Source: Bdellovibrionales bacterium (GTDB taxonomy: Bacteria; Bdellovibrionota; Bdellovibrionia; Bdellovibrionales; JAGQZY01). Taken from it: a stretch of DNA of 53,907 nucleotides. Both the position numbers and the translations under genes were made by a program. Below, one piece after another: positions 35,023 to 44,318 of this stretch (position 1 is the first letter of the stretch; each line of letters begins with the position of its first letter). The notes under the pieces were generated by a model. It ran no database searches. It had not been told where the DNA came from and saw only the letters and a list, made by a program, of their open reading frames with translations. The DNA is taken from assembly GCA_031426555.1 (NCBI GenBank), contig JANPLN010000071.1:1-53907 (forward strand). The letters are read 5' to 3'.

Positions 35023-36381
35023 ATGCCCGCAATCAAAGTACCCGGAATGGGATCAGGTTTAATGTCTGTTGTCGATCAGATCATGTTGGCTGAGCGAGAA
35101 CCCTTAAAACAAATGGATGTTAAAAAACAAAAGATTGAAGGCAAGGTGGGCCTCGTTTCGGACCTTGAGGCCCGTTTGGGAAAAGTGAAAACCGAACTCA
35201 AAAGCATCGTCGGCGGAAAAAAGTTTCAAGATTACTCTCTCAATGTTTCCGATGCCGACGTTATCGCTGGAACCGTGGAATCCGAAAAGGTGATGCCTGG
35301 TCAGTGGAAGATCGAGGTTGTGAAACTGGCCGAAAATTCGGGTGCGCTGTCGAATGTGATATTAGATAAAGAGAAAACTAAAATGGGCGTTGGCTACTTA
35401 AAATTCAACACACCCGATGGCGAAAAGAAAGTCTTCATCAACGACTCCAACAACACCCTCGATGGAATCGCACGAAGCATTAACACTTCCGAGCTCGGTA
35501 TCACTGCCACAGTTGTTCAGGATGGTTCTGAGGGCGAGGATGGCTATCGTTTGATTATGTCGTCGGAACACTATGGGAATAACCATGATGTGAATTTTCC
35601 CATGATCTATTTGTTAGATGGCGAAGAAGATCTCTATTTCGACCAAGAGCGCGATTCCAAAAACGGTTTGATTCGCGTGAACGGCTTTGACGTGCAGGTG
35701 ATCAACAATAAACTGGATGAAGTGATACCAGGGGTTTCTCTCGACCTCAAAAGTGCTAAGCCGGGCAAAGAAGTTAGTATTTCGCTCGCCGAAAACTACG
35801 AGGCCATCGAAACCAAGCTGCGCACCTTTGTCGAATCTATGAACGGTGTTTTGGGCTTTATTCAGCAGCAAAATATGATGGATGAGAAAACCGACACAAG
35901 TAAAACTTTAGGCGGTGATTCTTCGTTACGCACGGTGGAGCAACGCGTGAAGCAACTCATCTTAAACCCGGTTTATGGCAACCAGGGATCCATCAACCGC
36001 TTAGGTCAGCTCGGTGTAGAGTTTAATCGCAGTGGAACCTTGGACTTCAAAGAAGACAAATTTAAAAAATTAATTAAAACCAATTCCAAAGATGTTCTCG
36101 AATTTTTGCGGGGAGACGGTTCTTTGCAGAGCGGGTTTATTGGTAAAACACGAGGCTCCATAGACGCTTTGTTGGGTGCGGGTACAGGGATCATTAGTAA
36201 CAAGAAAAAAGGTCTACAAACGCAAATTTCCCAGATCGACAGAAATATTGAAACAAAAGAAAAAAATTTGGCAACAAAGGAAGAACAACTCAGAAAGAAG
36301 TTTTCGAAACTCGAGGAACAGATGTCAAAATTACAGGCGCAGGGAGCACAAGTGGGAGCGATGGTTGGGGGTGGTAGTTGA
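35023..36381 (+). CDS. fliD: Flagellar filament cap protein
   Basis: GMGSGL...IMLAER, IEVVKLAE, IPGVSLDL, LGGDSSLR, LRKKFSKLE motifs. Confidence 0.93.
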   Translation: MPAIKVPGMGSGLMSVVDQIMLAEREPLKQMDVKKQKIEGKVGLVSDLEARLGKVKTELKSIVGGKKFQDYSLNVSDADVIAGTVESEKVMPGQWKIEVVKLAENSGALSNVILDKEKTKMGVGYLKFNTPDGEKKVFINDSNNTLDGIARSINTSELGITATVVQDGSEGEDGYRLIMSSEHYGNNHDVNFPMIYLLDGEEDLYFDQERDSKNGLIRVNGFDVQVINNKLDEVIPGVSLDLKSAKPGKEVSISLAENYEAIETKLRTFVESMNGVLGFIQQQNMMDEKTDTSKTLGGDSSLRTVEQRVKQLILNPVYGNQGSINRLGQLGVEFNRSGTLDFKEDKFKKLIKTNSKDVLEFLRGDGSLQSGFIGKTRGSIDALLGAGTGIISNKKKGLQTQISQIDRNIETKEKNLATKEEQLRKKFSKLEEQMSKLQAQGAQVGAMVGGGS

Positions 36382-36770
36382 GTAACGGATACAGTAAGTA
36401 CAAAAAGACGTCTATTCAGAGTGCGAGTAAAGAAAAAATTCTTCTCATGCTTTATGAAGGGGCGATTCGCTTTATCAAACAAGCGAAAGAGGCCAATGAG
36501 CGGAAAGACGTGAAAGCGCGAGGCGAGCTGATAGGGCGTGCATACGACGTGATTATGGAGCTAGCGAGTTCCCTTGATTTTAAAATCAATGGACCGGTGT
36601 CTTCGAACCTTGAGCAGCTCTATATCTACATTATGGAAGAGCTCACGCGGGCAAATATCACTGGACAAGAAAAACATTTAGACAATTCACTAAAGATTTT
36701 AAACATTCTTTACGATGGATGGGTGAAGGCAGTTGAATCAATCAAAAAGAAGGAGTCTGAAAGTGCTTAA
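36378..36770 (+). CDS. fliS: Flagellin export chaperone
   Basis: YKKTSIQSASKEKILLMLYEGA, LEQLYIY motifs; follows fliD. Confidence 0.93.
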   Translation: MSNGYSKYKKTSIQSASKEKILLMLYEGAIRFIKQAKEANERKDVKARGELIGRAYDVIMELASSLDFKINGPVSSNLEQLYIYIMEELTRANITGQEKHLDNSLKILNILYDGWVKAVESIKKKESESA

Positions 36771-37191
36771 TCATCAAAGTAACATGGAGCTGATCATTTC
36801 GTTGATCGAAGAGAAGAATCATCATCTAAAGATGTTTTTGGATGTTTCGATCAATGAGCGTAAAAGCTTCAAGGCTCGAAATTTTGATAATCTCGAAGAT
36901 CTGTATTCGATGCGCGAGAGTATTCTCGAAGGCATTCGCAGCCTGGACCGCCGCATTCATCAGCACAGCGCCGAAATCGAAGCGCAGCATATCTCCGAGG
37001 AGATGAAACTAAAACTTAAGTCGCAGATGTCGGCTAAGCAGAATTTGGTAAACCAAATTATGTCGCAAGACTTAGTGATGCTGAGTTGTGTAGAAAACGA
37101 AAAGTCGAGTATCATTAAAAAAATGACGTCGATGCGCGATGGTCGTCGGTTGCTAAAAGCCTATCGCTTTATGCCTGACATCATCGATTAA
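36763..37191 (+). CDS. Helical flagellar chaperone-like protein (FliT/FlgN-like)
   Basis: GTG start with AGGAG RBS overlapping the fliS end; coiled-coil character; C-terminal 'LKAY'. Confidence 0.55.
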   Translation: MLNHQSNMELIISLIEEKNHHLKMFLDVSINERKSFKARNFDNLEDLYSMRESILEGIRSLDRRIHQHSAEIEAQHISEEMKLKLKSQMSAKQNLVNQIMSQDLVMLSCVENEKSSIIKKMTSMRDGRRLLKAYRFMPDIID

Positions 37192-37230
37192 TTTCAAGAC
37201 GCGCCTTTGATCCTGATTTCATCAAAAAAA

Positions 37231-37254
37231 TGACGGTTTGACAGCAAACCGTCA
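37231..37254. promoter_or_regulatory. Inverted repeat (terminator or activator site)
   Basis: TGACGGTTTG-ACAG-CAAACCGTCA, between the fliS operon and a sigma-54 promoter. Confidence 0.45.
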
Positions 37255-37304
37255 AAGCCCTCCGCAGAAACTTTCTTAACTCTTGAATTTCTTAAATTTT
37301 ATCT

Positions 37305-37320
37305 TGGCACTTGTCTTGCT
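37305..37320 (+). promoter_or_regulatory. sigma-54 promoter
   Basis: TGGCAC-TTGTC-TTGCT, full consensus. Confidence 0.8.
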
Positions 37321-37346
37321 TTATAGAGTTCCTATGAGGGGGACTC

Positions 37347-38267
37347 GTGGTACAGCAGAAATTTTTTGACTCGCACCTTTTACAACAATCTCTAGAGCTA
37401 GCAGAAGGTTTGGATCGTTTTCATTTTTTTATGAAAGAAAACCATTTGGATCAGGCCCAGCAAGAAATTACTAAAATTGCGGAACAGCATCAACGACCAT
37501 TCGTTTATAAAAATATGTATTGGCTAGAAACTAAAAAAGCATCGGCCGAGGGCAAGGTGTACGCAGCAAGAAAGCTTGTGGATATTGAGCCAACCATCGA
37601 AAACCAGTTTTTATTGGCCAATGCACTCACTAACGCCGATCAAGAGCGCGTGGCGCTCGAAATTTTGCATCAAATAGTAGATCAATGTGCGGAGCCTTCG
37701 TGGTTGCTGTATACAGTGTTTAAAAATATCGGCAGTTTATATTTGCGCTGCAAGGATTTTGAAGCTGCCGAAGAGTACTACAATCGCGCTTATGCGATGA
37801 GCAAGGATGATCTTAACTTAGAGCTTTGTTATGGGTACTTGTTTCTGCACTCTTCAAAACTCAACGACGCAAAAACAAAATTTGCCGATATTCTTGCACG
37901 CGACTCCGACTTTACAGAAGCCTCGATTGGTCTAGCGCTGGTGCATGCGTCGGTGGGTGAATATGATTTGGCGTGTGCAAACCTTTCCAATGTACTCGAC
38001 AAAAATCCCTCCCATAAATTAGCTTTGTACCTCCATTTCAATTGGTCGCAACAGACTCAGTCGACGCAATCCTCCATTGATCTTATCAACGGATTTTTAA
38101 AAGAGAATCCGCAAGACGAAGAGGCTCTGACGTTACGTGTGAGTTGGTATGTCAAACAACAAAATTTTAAAAAAGCCTACGAGGCTTTGCCAATTCTTAA
38201 AAAGAACTATCGGGGAGATGTGAAACACATCTCGCAACTCGAACAGTATTTGCGAGACGCATTATGA
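37347..38267 (+). CDS. Tetratricopeptide-repeat protein
   Basis: Repeated TPR patterns (KNIGSLY...AEEYYNRA; IGLALVHASVGEYDLA). Confidence 0.8.
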   Translation: MVQQKFFDSHLLQQSLELAEGLDRFHFFMKENHLDQAQQEITKIAEQHQRPFVYKNMYWLETKKASAEGKVYAARKLVDIEPTIENQFLLANALTNADQERVALEILHQIVDQCAEPSWLLYTVFKNIGSLYLRCKDFEAAEEYYNRAYAMSKDDLNLELCYGYLFLHSSKLNDAKTKFADILARDSDFTEASIGLALVHASVGEYDLACANLSNVLDKNPSHKLALYLHFNWSQQTQSTQSSIDLINGFLKENPQDEEALTLRVSWYVKQQNFKKAYEALPILKKNYRGDVKHISQLEQYLRDAL

Positions 38268-39319
38268 GCCGCAAGCAAGTTGTTTTTATGGATCTTGGGC
38301 CCATTGGCCCGGCGTGCTCCTCGTTGCAAGTGGCCGAACTTTACGCCATGGCTACGGATCAGCTGGTCTACTTTGTAACGTCGATGGTCAACTTTAAAAG
38401 ACTGCCTGCGCGTGATCTCTTAAAATACGTCGCGATCGAAAACGTGGAAACACAGATTGATTATTTTACCGATTCTTTGGTTATCGATTTTACTCGTCCA
38501 GGACAGGGTGTTCATCAAACGGCACTGTTGTTTCAGGAGAGCTACAATTTCTATCTCCAGCAGGATCTGTCCTACTCGCACAATTCTTTTAGCGAAAAGG
38601 TAGAATACGTTGAATCGGTTTCGTTTGAGCTAGGACTCCTCAAACATTTAAAAATCACCACACAAACGCCTGTATTGACTTACTCGGCGGAGTACGCCGC
38701 CTTGCTCAACTTGCAAGGTATTCCCACCATCGAGCTCTGTTATCGTTTCAAACATCCGGGTTCATTTCTCCCTACAAGTGTGGTTGTTTTTGGCGACACT
38801 TTTAGCTTATTGCGAAAAGACGAAATCCAGCTCATTTTTGAATTTTATCAAAACGGAAAAATGGAAGATCTTTTCATGGGGAAAAATGTTCTCGAGGTGG
38901 ATTGGGACGTCCTTTACTTTAAGATGGATAAATCCCGGGGCTCCATTGTTCCACTAAAGCATCCTGTGAGCACAACCGAGGCTTTCCTGGATCATTTTTT
39001 AAAATCATTTTTAACGCAACCGTCGATGCGGATATTTTCCATCGATTCCGCGCTTGAGAGTGCGATGAAACTGGATGTTATAGACCTTGAAATGACGTTA
39101 GAATTCTTACGCAAGGTCTTAAGCCGCTGCATGGTGGACTTGGATAAAAAGCAGTATCCGCTCACCCAATCGCACTGGAATTGGGTTCGGCCCTATGCGG
39201 ACTGTTACTCCAAAAATAAAGTTTCGGAATTGAGGCAATCTCTCAACCAGGCGTTGCTAGGTCTAGATTTGTTCCTCAGCGTTCAGGAGCGACAGAAAAA
39301 AGTCATCGGCATGCATTGA
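38264..39319 (+). CDS. Hypothetical protein, possibly a divergent glycosyltransferase-like protein
   Basis: Coupled to the TPR gene (ATGA overlap); N-terminal 'VFMDLGPIGPACSS' loosely resembles a GT9 N-terminus. Confidence 0.5.
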   Translation: MSRKQVVFMDLGPIGPACSSLQVAELYAMATDQLVYFVTSMVNFKRLPARDLLKYVAIENVETQIDYFTDSLVIDFTRPGQGVHQTALLFQESYNFYLQQDLSYSHNSFSEKVEYVESVSFELGLLKHLKITTQTPVLTYSAEYAALLNLQGIPTIELCYRFKHPGSFLPTSVVVFGDTFSLLRKDEIQLIFEFYQNGKMEDLFMGKNVLEVDWDVLYFKMDKSRGSIVPLKHPVSTTEAFLDHFLKSFLTQPSMRIFSIDSALESAMKLDVIDLEMTLEFLRKVLSRCMVDLDKKQYPLTQSHWNWVRPYADCYSKNKVSELRQSLNQALLGLDLFLSVQERQKKVIGMH

Positions 39320-39360
39320 GGTTTTGCGCTGGGTCGCGGGCTCTGTCATAATAAGGGGGC

Positions 39361-41331
39361 ATGCAGTCCGACTCCTTGCAACTCATCGAAGTCTATTCAA
39401 CATTTACAGGCCCACAGAATAAGCTGGGCTCGGTGGTTAAAGCTCATTCCATTTCGCGGTTGGACGAGGTGCTGCGCTCGCCGTTTACCGAATCCTATTC
39501 CCTTTTGGTGGTGGGAGGCGAAGTTTCACCACTAAATCTCCTGCAATGGCTGCAAAAAAATCGCGATCACTTTCGCAATCGCCTCAAAGTGATCTACGGC
39601 TACGAATTTCTATCTAAAAGCGAGATCGTTTTGCTCAGCGAAACCGACTTGGTCTTTAAGGTGCTCAGTCTGGAACAGCCGGTGGAAACGTGGAAAGACG
39701 CGTGGTTTGAGGCTGTGCAAAGCTTTTCCGATCACTCGTCGACCGAAAATATCATGGGCAAAGTTCGATCACAAAACAAGGTGCTCAACGAGCTCAATGA
39801 AAACCTCGAAAAAATCATCGAGCAAAGAACTCATCATTTAGAGGTTTCGAAAAAAGAGATCGAAATCAAAAACAAAGAAACTCGCGATCTCATTAAATTT
39901 ATCAAATCGCTTTCCAATGTGGATGCTTTCGAAGATCTTTTGTTGATCCTGCGGCACGAACTTTTGCGCTATCATAAAGTCGAGTCACCGCTCTTGATTT
40001 ACTCGCTGTATCCACACTCGTATCGTTGTATTTCGTTTCAGGGTCCACAGATTATCGATCGCCAAGTGGATGCTGAAATGATTGTTCCTGCGCTGGATAA
40101 GCCCTCACAACTTCGTGAAACTTTGGCAGATATTCTGGCTCGCCCCATTGCACCTTTGTTGTGCGTTTCGATCAAACGACAAGAGCACAGTGGATACTTT
40201 ATTTTTGAACACAATATGGATCCAGCCGAACAGCAGCACTTTTTAGGTGTTCTCGACCGAAAAATTGAGTCTCTCACGGTGGCCTTTGATCGCCTGGCAC
40301 TCAAATGGAAAGCCCATCAGATCTCCCGGCAGTGGTCTCTCACTTTCGATAGTCTTTTGGATCCCATTGTCATTATCGATCCGCAGTTCAAAGTGATTCG
40401 TTCCAACAAAAGTTTTTCGAATACGACGAGAAAATTTTGTTACCAAAGTTTTGCGGGGCGAGAGCAAATGTGCGTGGGCTGTCCTGTTCCGCAGGCGCTG
40501 ATGCAAAAAGAAGGCTATACCGGAAAGGTAACCCGAGGCGCGCAGATGTTTGAAGTGCATGCCTATCCCATCCGTCTAAATCCCGATGAAGAGAGTCAGC
40601 ACATGATTGTGCATTATACCGATGTTACTCAGGCCACCAAACTCCAGGGGCAGATTATTCAAAGCGAAAAAATGGCGGCTCTTGGGCTTTTGGCAGGAAA
40701 CATCGCCCACGAATTAAATAACCCTCTCACAGGGATAAAGTCGTTAGCGCAAATCCTTATTTCGGAAGTTGGAGACAAACATGTTTCCTTCAGCGACCTG
40801 GGTGAAATTGAGCAGGCCGCCTTTCGCTCCGAGCAAGTGATTCGCAATTTGTTGGATTTTTCGTCGCTGCACGAACCTAAAAAAGAAGTGATATCACTTC
40901 GCGAAGTGGTGCAAAAAACGTTGCCGTTTTTAAAAACCACCATGCGCTATCACAGCACGGCCATCGAGCTTGAAGAGAGCGATGATTACATCGATGTTGA
41001 GCCGCAGCTTTTGCAGCAGGTGATTTTTAACTTGGTCAATAATGCTTGCCAAGCCATGGGCGAAACCGGAAAGCTCACTCTGTCGTCAACCATCAATAGG
41101 GATATCATCGAATTTCGTGTCACTGATACCGGGCCAGGCGTACCTGTTGAAATTCGCGAGGCTATTTTTAGCGCTTTTTTTACCACAAAGGAAGAAGGTC
41201 AGGGTACCGGTTTAGGGCTGAGTATGAGTCGTTCGATTGTGGAAAAATTTGGCGGGCGCCTTTTTCTAGACGAGACGGTCACTCAGGGAAGTGAGTTTGT
41301 GATTCGCCTTCCGTTGGTGAGGAAACCATGA
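39361..41331 (+). CDS. Cytoplasmic sensor histidine kinase (PAS-like, HisKA, HATPase)
   Basis: IAHELNNPL, NLVNNA, DTGPG, FFTTKEEGQGTGLGL motifs. Confidence 0.92.
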   Translation: MQSDSLQLIEVYSTFTGPQNKLGSVVKAHSISRLDEVLRSPFTESYSLLVVGGEVSPLNLLQWLQKNRDHFRNRLKVIYGYEFLSKSEIVLLSETDLVFKVLSLEQPVETWKDAWFEAVQSFSDHSSTENIMGKVRSQNKVLNELNENLEKIIEQRTHHLEVSKKEIEIKNKETRDLIKFIKSLSNVDAFEDLLLILRHELLRYHKVESPLLIYSLYPHSYRCISFQGPQIIDRQVDAEMIVPALDKPSQLRETLADILARPIAPLLCVSIKRQEHSGYFIFEHNMDPAEQQHFLGVLDRKIESLTVAFDRLALKWKAHQISRQWSLTFDSLLDPIVIIDPQFKVIRSNKSFSNTTRKFCYQSFAGREQMCVGCPVPQALMQKEGYTGKVTRGAQMFEVHAYPIRLNPDEESQHMIVHYTDVTQATKLQGQIIQSEKMAALGLLAGNIAHELNNPLTGIKSLAQILISEVGDKHVSFSDLGEIEQAAFRSEQVIRNLLDFSSLHEPKKEVISLREVVQKTLPFLKTTMRYHSTAIELEESDDYIDVEPQLLQQVIFNLVNNACQAMGETGKLTLSSTINRDIIEFRVTDTGPGVPVEIREAIFSAFFTTKEEGQGTGLGLSMSRSIVEKFGGRLFLDETVTQGSEFVIRLPLVRKP

Positions 41332-41687
41332 AAATTTTAATTGTCGATGACGAAGCTTTGATTCGTATGTCTTTAGCGAGGGTGTTTAAAAGCCTAGGCG
41401 ACGAGGTGATCATTGCCGAAGATGGCATTGACGGTGAAAAAAAATGGCTCCAGATGCAGCCAGACATTGTGGTGCTGGATGTACTAATGCCGGGCCTTTC
41501 GGGGCCTCAATTGATTGAGCGGGTGCAATCACAAACAAAAGCAAAAATTGTATTGATCTCGGCCTATGCTGCCGATTATGACGTAGCCTCCATCAAACAA
41601 TTGGGTGCTGACCTATTTATTGCTAAACCGTTTGATAATATTTTTTCGGTGGCGGCACAAATTAAGCAGCTGGTTACGGAGAAGTAA
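41328..41687 (+). CDS. Single-domain response regulator (CheY-like)
   Basis: IVDDE, VLDVLMPGLSG, ISAY, AKPF motifs. Confidence 0.92.
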   Translation: MKILIVDDEALIRMSLARVFKSLGDEVIIAEDGIDGEKKWLQMQPDIVVLDVLMPGLSGPQLIERVQSQTKAKIVLISAYAADYDVASIKQLGADLFIAKPFDNIFSVAAQIKQLVTEK

Positions 41688-42241
41688 TGCGAGTGATTTC
41701 TGGAAAATACGGGAGCCGTCGATTGGTGTCGTTTCAGGCCAATCATGTGCGCCCCACCACAGATCGAATTAAAGAAGTGATCTTTAATAAACTTCAAGGC
41801 GAAATTGAAAACGCTCGCGTTCTCGATTTATTTGCAGGTACAGGAAATTTAGGTATCGAGGCCCTTTCTCGCGGAGCCCGCGAAGTGGTCGCCGTGGAAC
41901 AACATCCCTTGTCGTTGCAGATTATTCAAAAAAATTGCGACCTTTTGAAGATTACGAGGGATGAGCACAAAGTGATCAAAAAAGATGTGCTGCGTTTTTT
42001 AAAAGGCCCCTTCGCAGAGGGCTTTGATATTGTACTGATCGATCCCCCCTTCACCGAAGCAATGGCGGATGAGGTCCTAAAGGCCTATGGGGAGTCGGAA
42101 CTGGCTCGATTCAGTGCAAAAATATTTATTGAGGCGGGAGCCAAGGAAGTTTTACAGGATCAATACGGCTCTGTTTTGCTCGAAGAACGCAAAAACTATG
42201 GTGATAAATTCCTCAGCATGTACTATGTTGACCCCAAATAA
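41687..42241 (+). CDS. rsmD: 16S rRNA m2G966 methyltransferase
   Basis: MRVISG, RPTTDRIKE, LDLFAGTG, IDPPF motifs. Confidence 0.92.
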   Translation: MRVISGKYGSRRLVSFQANHVRPTTDRIKEVIFNKLQGEIENARVLDLFAGTGNLGIEALSRGAREVVAVEQHPLSLQIIQKNCDLLKITRDEHKVIKKDVLRFLKGPFAEGFDIVLIDPPFTEAMADEVLKAYGESELARFSAKIFIEAGAKEVLQDQYGSVLLEERKNYGDKFLSMYYVDPK

Positions 42242-42273
42242 GTACTCGTTCATTTGATCAATTAGGAGTCGCT

Positions 42274-43473
42274 ATGACAACACCGTCCACTTCTTTGCTA
42301 TCGCAAAAAGCTAAAAACTTTCAACCCTCTCCCACGTTGATGTTGGCTGCCAAAGCCAAGGAAATGAAAGACCGCGGCGAAGATGTGCTTTCCCTCACTG
42401 TGGGCGAACCCGATTGGCAAACCTATCCCAAAGCCTCCGAAGCTGGCATCCAAGCCATTCGCGATGGAAAAACAAAGTACACAGCCTCTCAAGGGATTCC
42501 AGCATTGCGCAAAGCCATCGCTCAGCAAATGAAAAACCTCACGGGTCAGGAATACAATCCCGCAAACGAAGTGGCCGTTACCTCCGGCGCGAAGTTCGTG
42601 GTGTTCTCCGCTTTCATCGCCTTATTAGACCCGCAGGAAGAAGTGATCATCCCCGCGCCCTTCTGGGCAAGTTATAGCGAAATGGTGGAGCTGGCTGGCG
42701 GAGTTCCCAATATTGTTAAGACAAAATTCGAAAATGGTCTTAAGATCATACCAGCCGAGCTCGAAAAAGCCATCAACGCAAAAACAAAAATCTTTCTTTT
42801 AACCTCACCAAGCAATCCAACCGGCGTTGAATACACAGCTGACGATTTGAAAGCGTTGGCAGACGTGCTTCGCAAATATCCAAAAGTGGCCATTGTGTCT
42901 GACGACATCTACAACCAACTTTCATTTTCGGACAGCGGAACAAGCCCGCATCTTTTGCATGTGGCTCCAGATCTTCGCGATCGCGTGGTGTGTGTTAACG
43001 GTGCTTCAAAAGCGTACTCCATGACCGGCTGGCGCATGGGTTGGGCCGCTGGCGAAAAATCCATCATTCACGCGATGATCAGCTACCAAAGCCAAACCAT
43101 GGGTGCCCCAAACTCCATGGCCCAAGAGGCGGCGCTCGCGGGAATCCTTCACTGCGATGCAGACCTTGTAGAAACCCGCAAAGTTCTGAAAGAGCGCTGC
43201 GCCCACGCCTACGAAGCGTTTTCCAGCATTCCCGGCATGAAGATCGCAAAACCCGACGGTGCTTTTTACCTGTGGATCGACGTCTCTGTGATTCTCAAAA
43301 AACTCGGCCTCAAAACCGGCAAAGAGTTTTCGCAAATGTTGCTAGAAAAACAAAAAGTAGTTTTAGTCCCCGGCGACGACTTCGGCGACGACCAATGCAT
43401 CCGCATCAGCTTCGTAACAGACCGCAAAACAATCGACGGCGCCGTGGCACGCATCAAAACTGCAATTTCTTAA
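42274..43473 (+). CDS. aspC: Class I PLP-dependent aminotransferase (aspartate aminotransferase-like)
   Basis: VGEPD, SPSNPTG, SDDIY, SKAYSMTGWRMG motifs. Confidence 0.85.
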   Translation: MTTPSTSLLSQKAKNFQPSPTLMLAAKAKEMKDRGEDVLSLTVGEPDWQTYPKASEAGIQAIRDGKTKYTASQGIPALRKAIAQQMKNLTGQEYNPANEVAVTSGAKFVVFSAFIALLDPQEEVIIPAPFWASYSEMVELAGGVPNIVKTKFENGLKIIPAELEKAINAKTKIFLLTSPSNPTGVEYTADDLKALADVLRKYPKVAIVSDDIYNQLSFSDSGTSPHLLHVAPDLRDRVVCVNGASKAYSMTGWRMGWAAGEKSIIHAMISYQSQTMGAPNSMAQEAALAGILHCDADLVETRKVLKERCAHAYEAFSSIPGMKIAKPDGAFYLWIDVSVILKKLGLKTGKEFSQMLLEKQKVVLVPGDDFGDDQCIRISFVTDRKTIDGAVARIKTAIS

Positions 43474-43474
43474 C

Positions 43475-43591
43475 GCGCTTCGAAGATCGCCTAACTCTTC
43501 GTTGCTCGGTCGCCTCGTTCGATCGCTGTACAGGAAGTACAGCTCCTCACTCCGCTCGGTCGCGCCTCGATTTAAGCAATCTTCGAAGCGC
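43475..43591. repeat. 117-bp palindromic MITE/REP-like element
   Basis: 20-bp inverted arms (18/20 match; 43475-43494 and 43572-43591), central hairpin GCTGTAC-AGGAA-GTACAGC (43525-43543), internal direct repeat GCTCGGTCGC (43504, 43554). Confidence 0.8.
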
Positions 43592-43760
43592 TCTTGGGGT
43601 TCTCGGCCCTCATTTAAAACTTAAGTGACTTTAACGTAAGAAATATACTTCTCTGATTCCGCGTTAGTCAGCTCAAAGTGATGAATATTTAACGCGGGTT
43701 TACTACCGTAGCGGAAGTGATCAAACTTTTCAGTTCTTTGTTTCGAATGAATCAGGCCCG

Positions 43761-44243
43761 CTAAAAATATTCAGGGGTTTCTGAAGGGACTTTGAAGTCT
43801 TCGATAGTTTTTCCGCGCACCATGCAGGTTGTGAGTGGTGCGCGCTGAGCGGATTTTGGAATTTGTTGAAATCCGAAGCGCTCGTAGAATGTCGGATCGA
43901 TGTCAGAATACAGAAAGATGACTGCGTCGGGTGATTCTTGTTCAATGTGATCGAGAATCTCAGAAACAAGCTTTGAAGCGTAACCTTGTCTTCGTAGCGG
44001 CAGTGGAGTTGCGATGGAGCCGATTCCGTAGTGGCCGTAAGTCAACTCGTAGACGATAAGAGAGCTAGCCAAGTCGCCATCGTCGGCCTCGAGCACATAC
44101 CAAACTCCACGCGCATACTTTGCGGATGTACGACAGGTCTCGAGATACTTTTCCAGAGAACCTTCTCCCCAAACGTCGAAGCCCATTTGAAATATCGAAT
44201 TAAAATCGTTTGGCCCGGCTGTTCTAAGGCTTACGTTTTTCAT
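43761..44243 (-). CDS. GNAT-family N-acetyltransferase
   Basis: IGSIAT...RRQGYASKL acetyl-CoA motif; FYERFGF. Confidence 0.88.
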   Translation of the reverse strand: MKNVSLRTAGPNDFNSIFQMGFDVWGEGSLEKYLETCRTSAKYARGVWYVLEADDGDLASSLIVYELTYGHYGIGSIATPLPLRRQGYASKLVSEILDHIEQESPDAVIFLYSDIDPTFYERFGFQQIPKSAQRAPLTTCMVRGKTIEDFKVPSETPEYF

Positions 44244-44318
44244 TTTTAGTATATAACACCCTCCCAGGCCAAAGCCTAGTCCTGTTGTGAGTCTAGCGAA
44301 TCGCGCATAACATAATAA

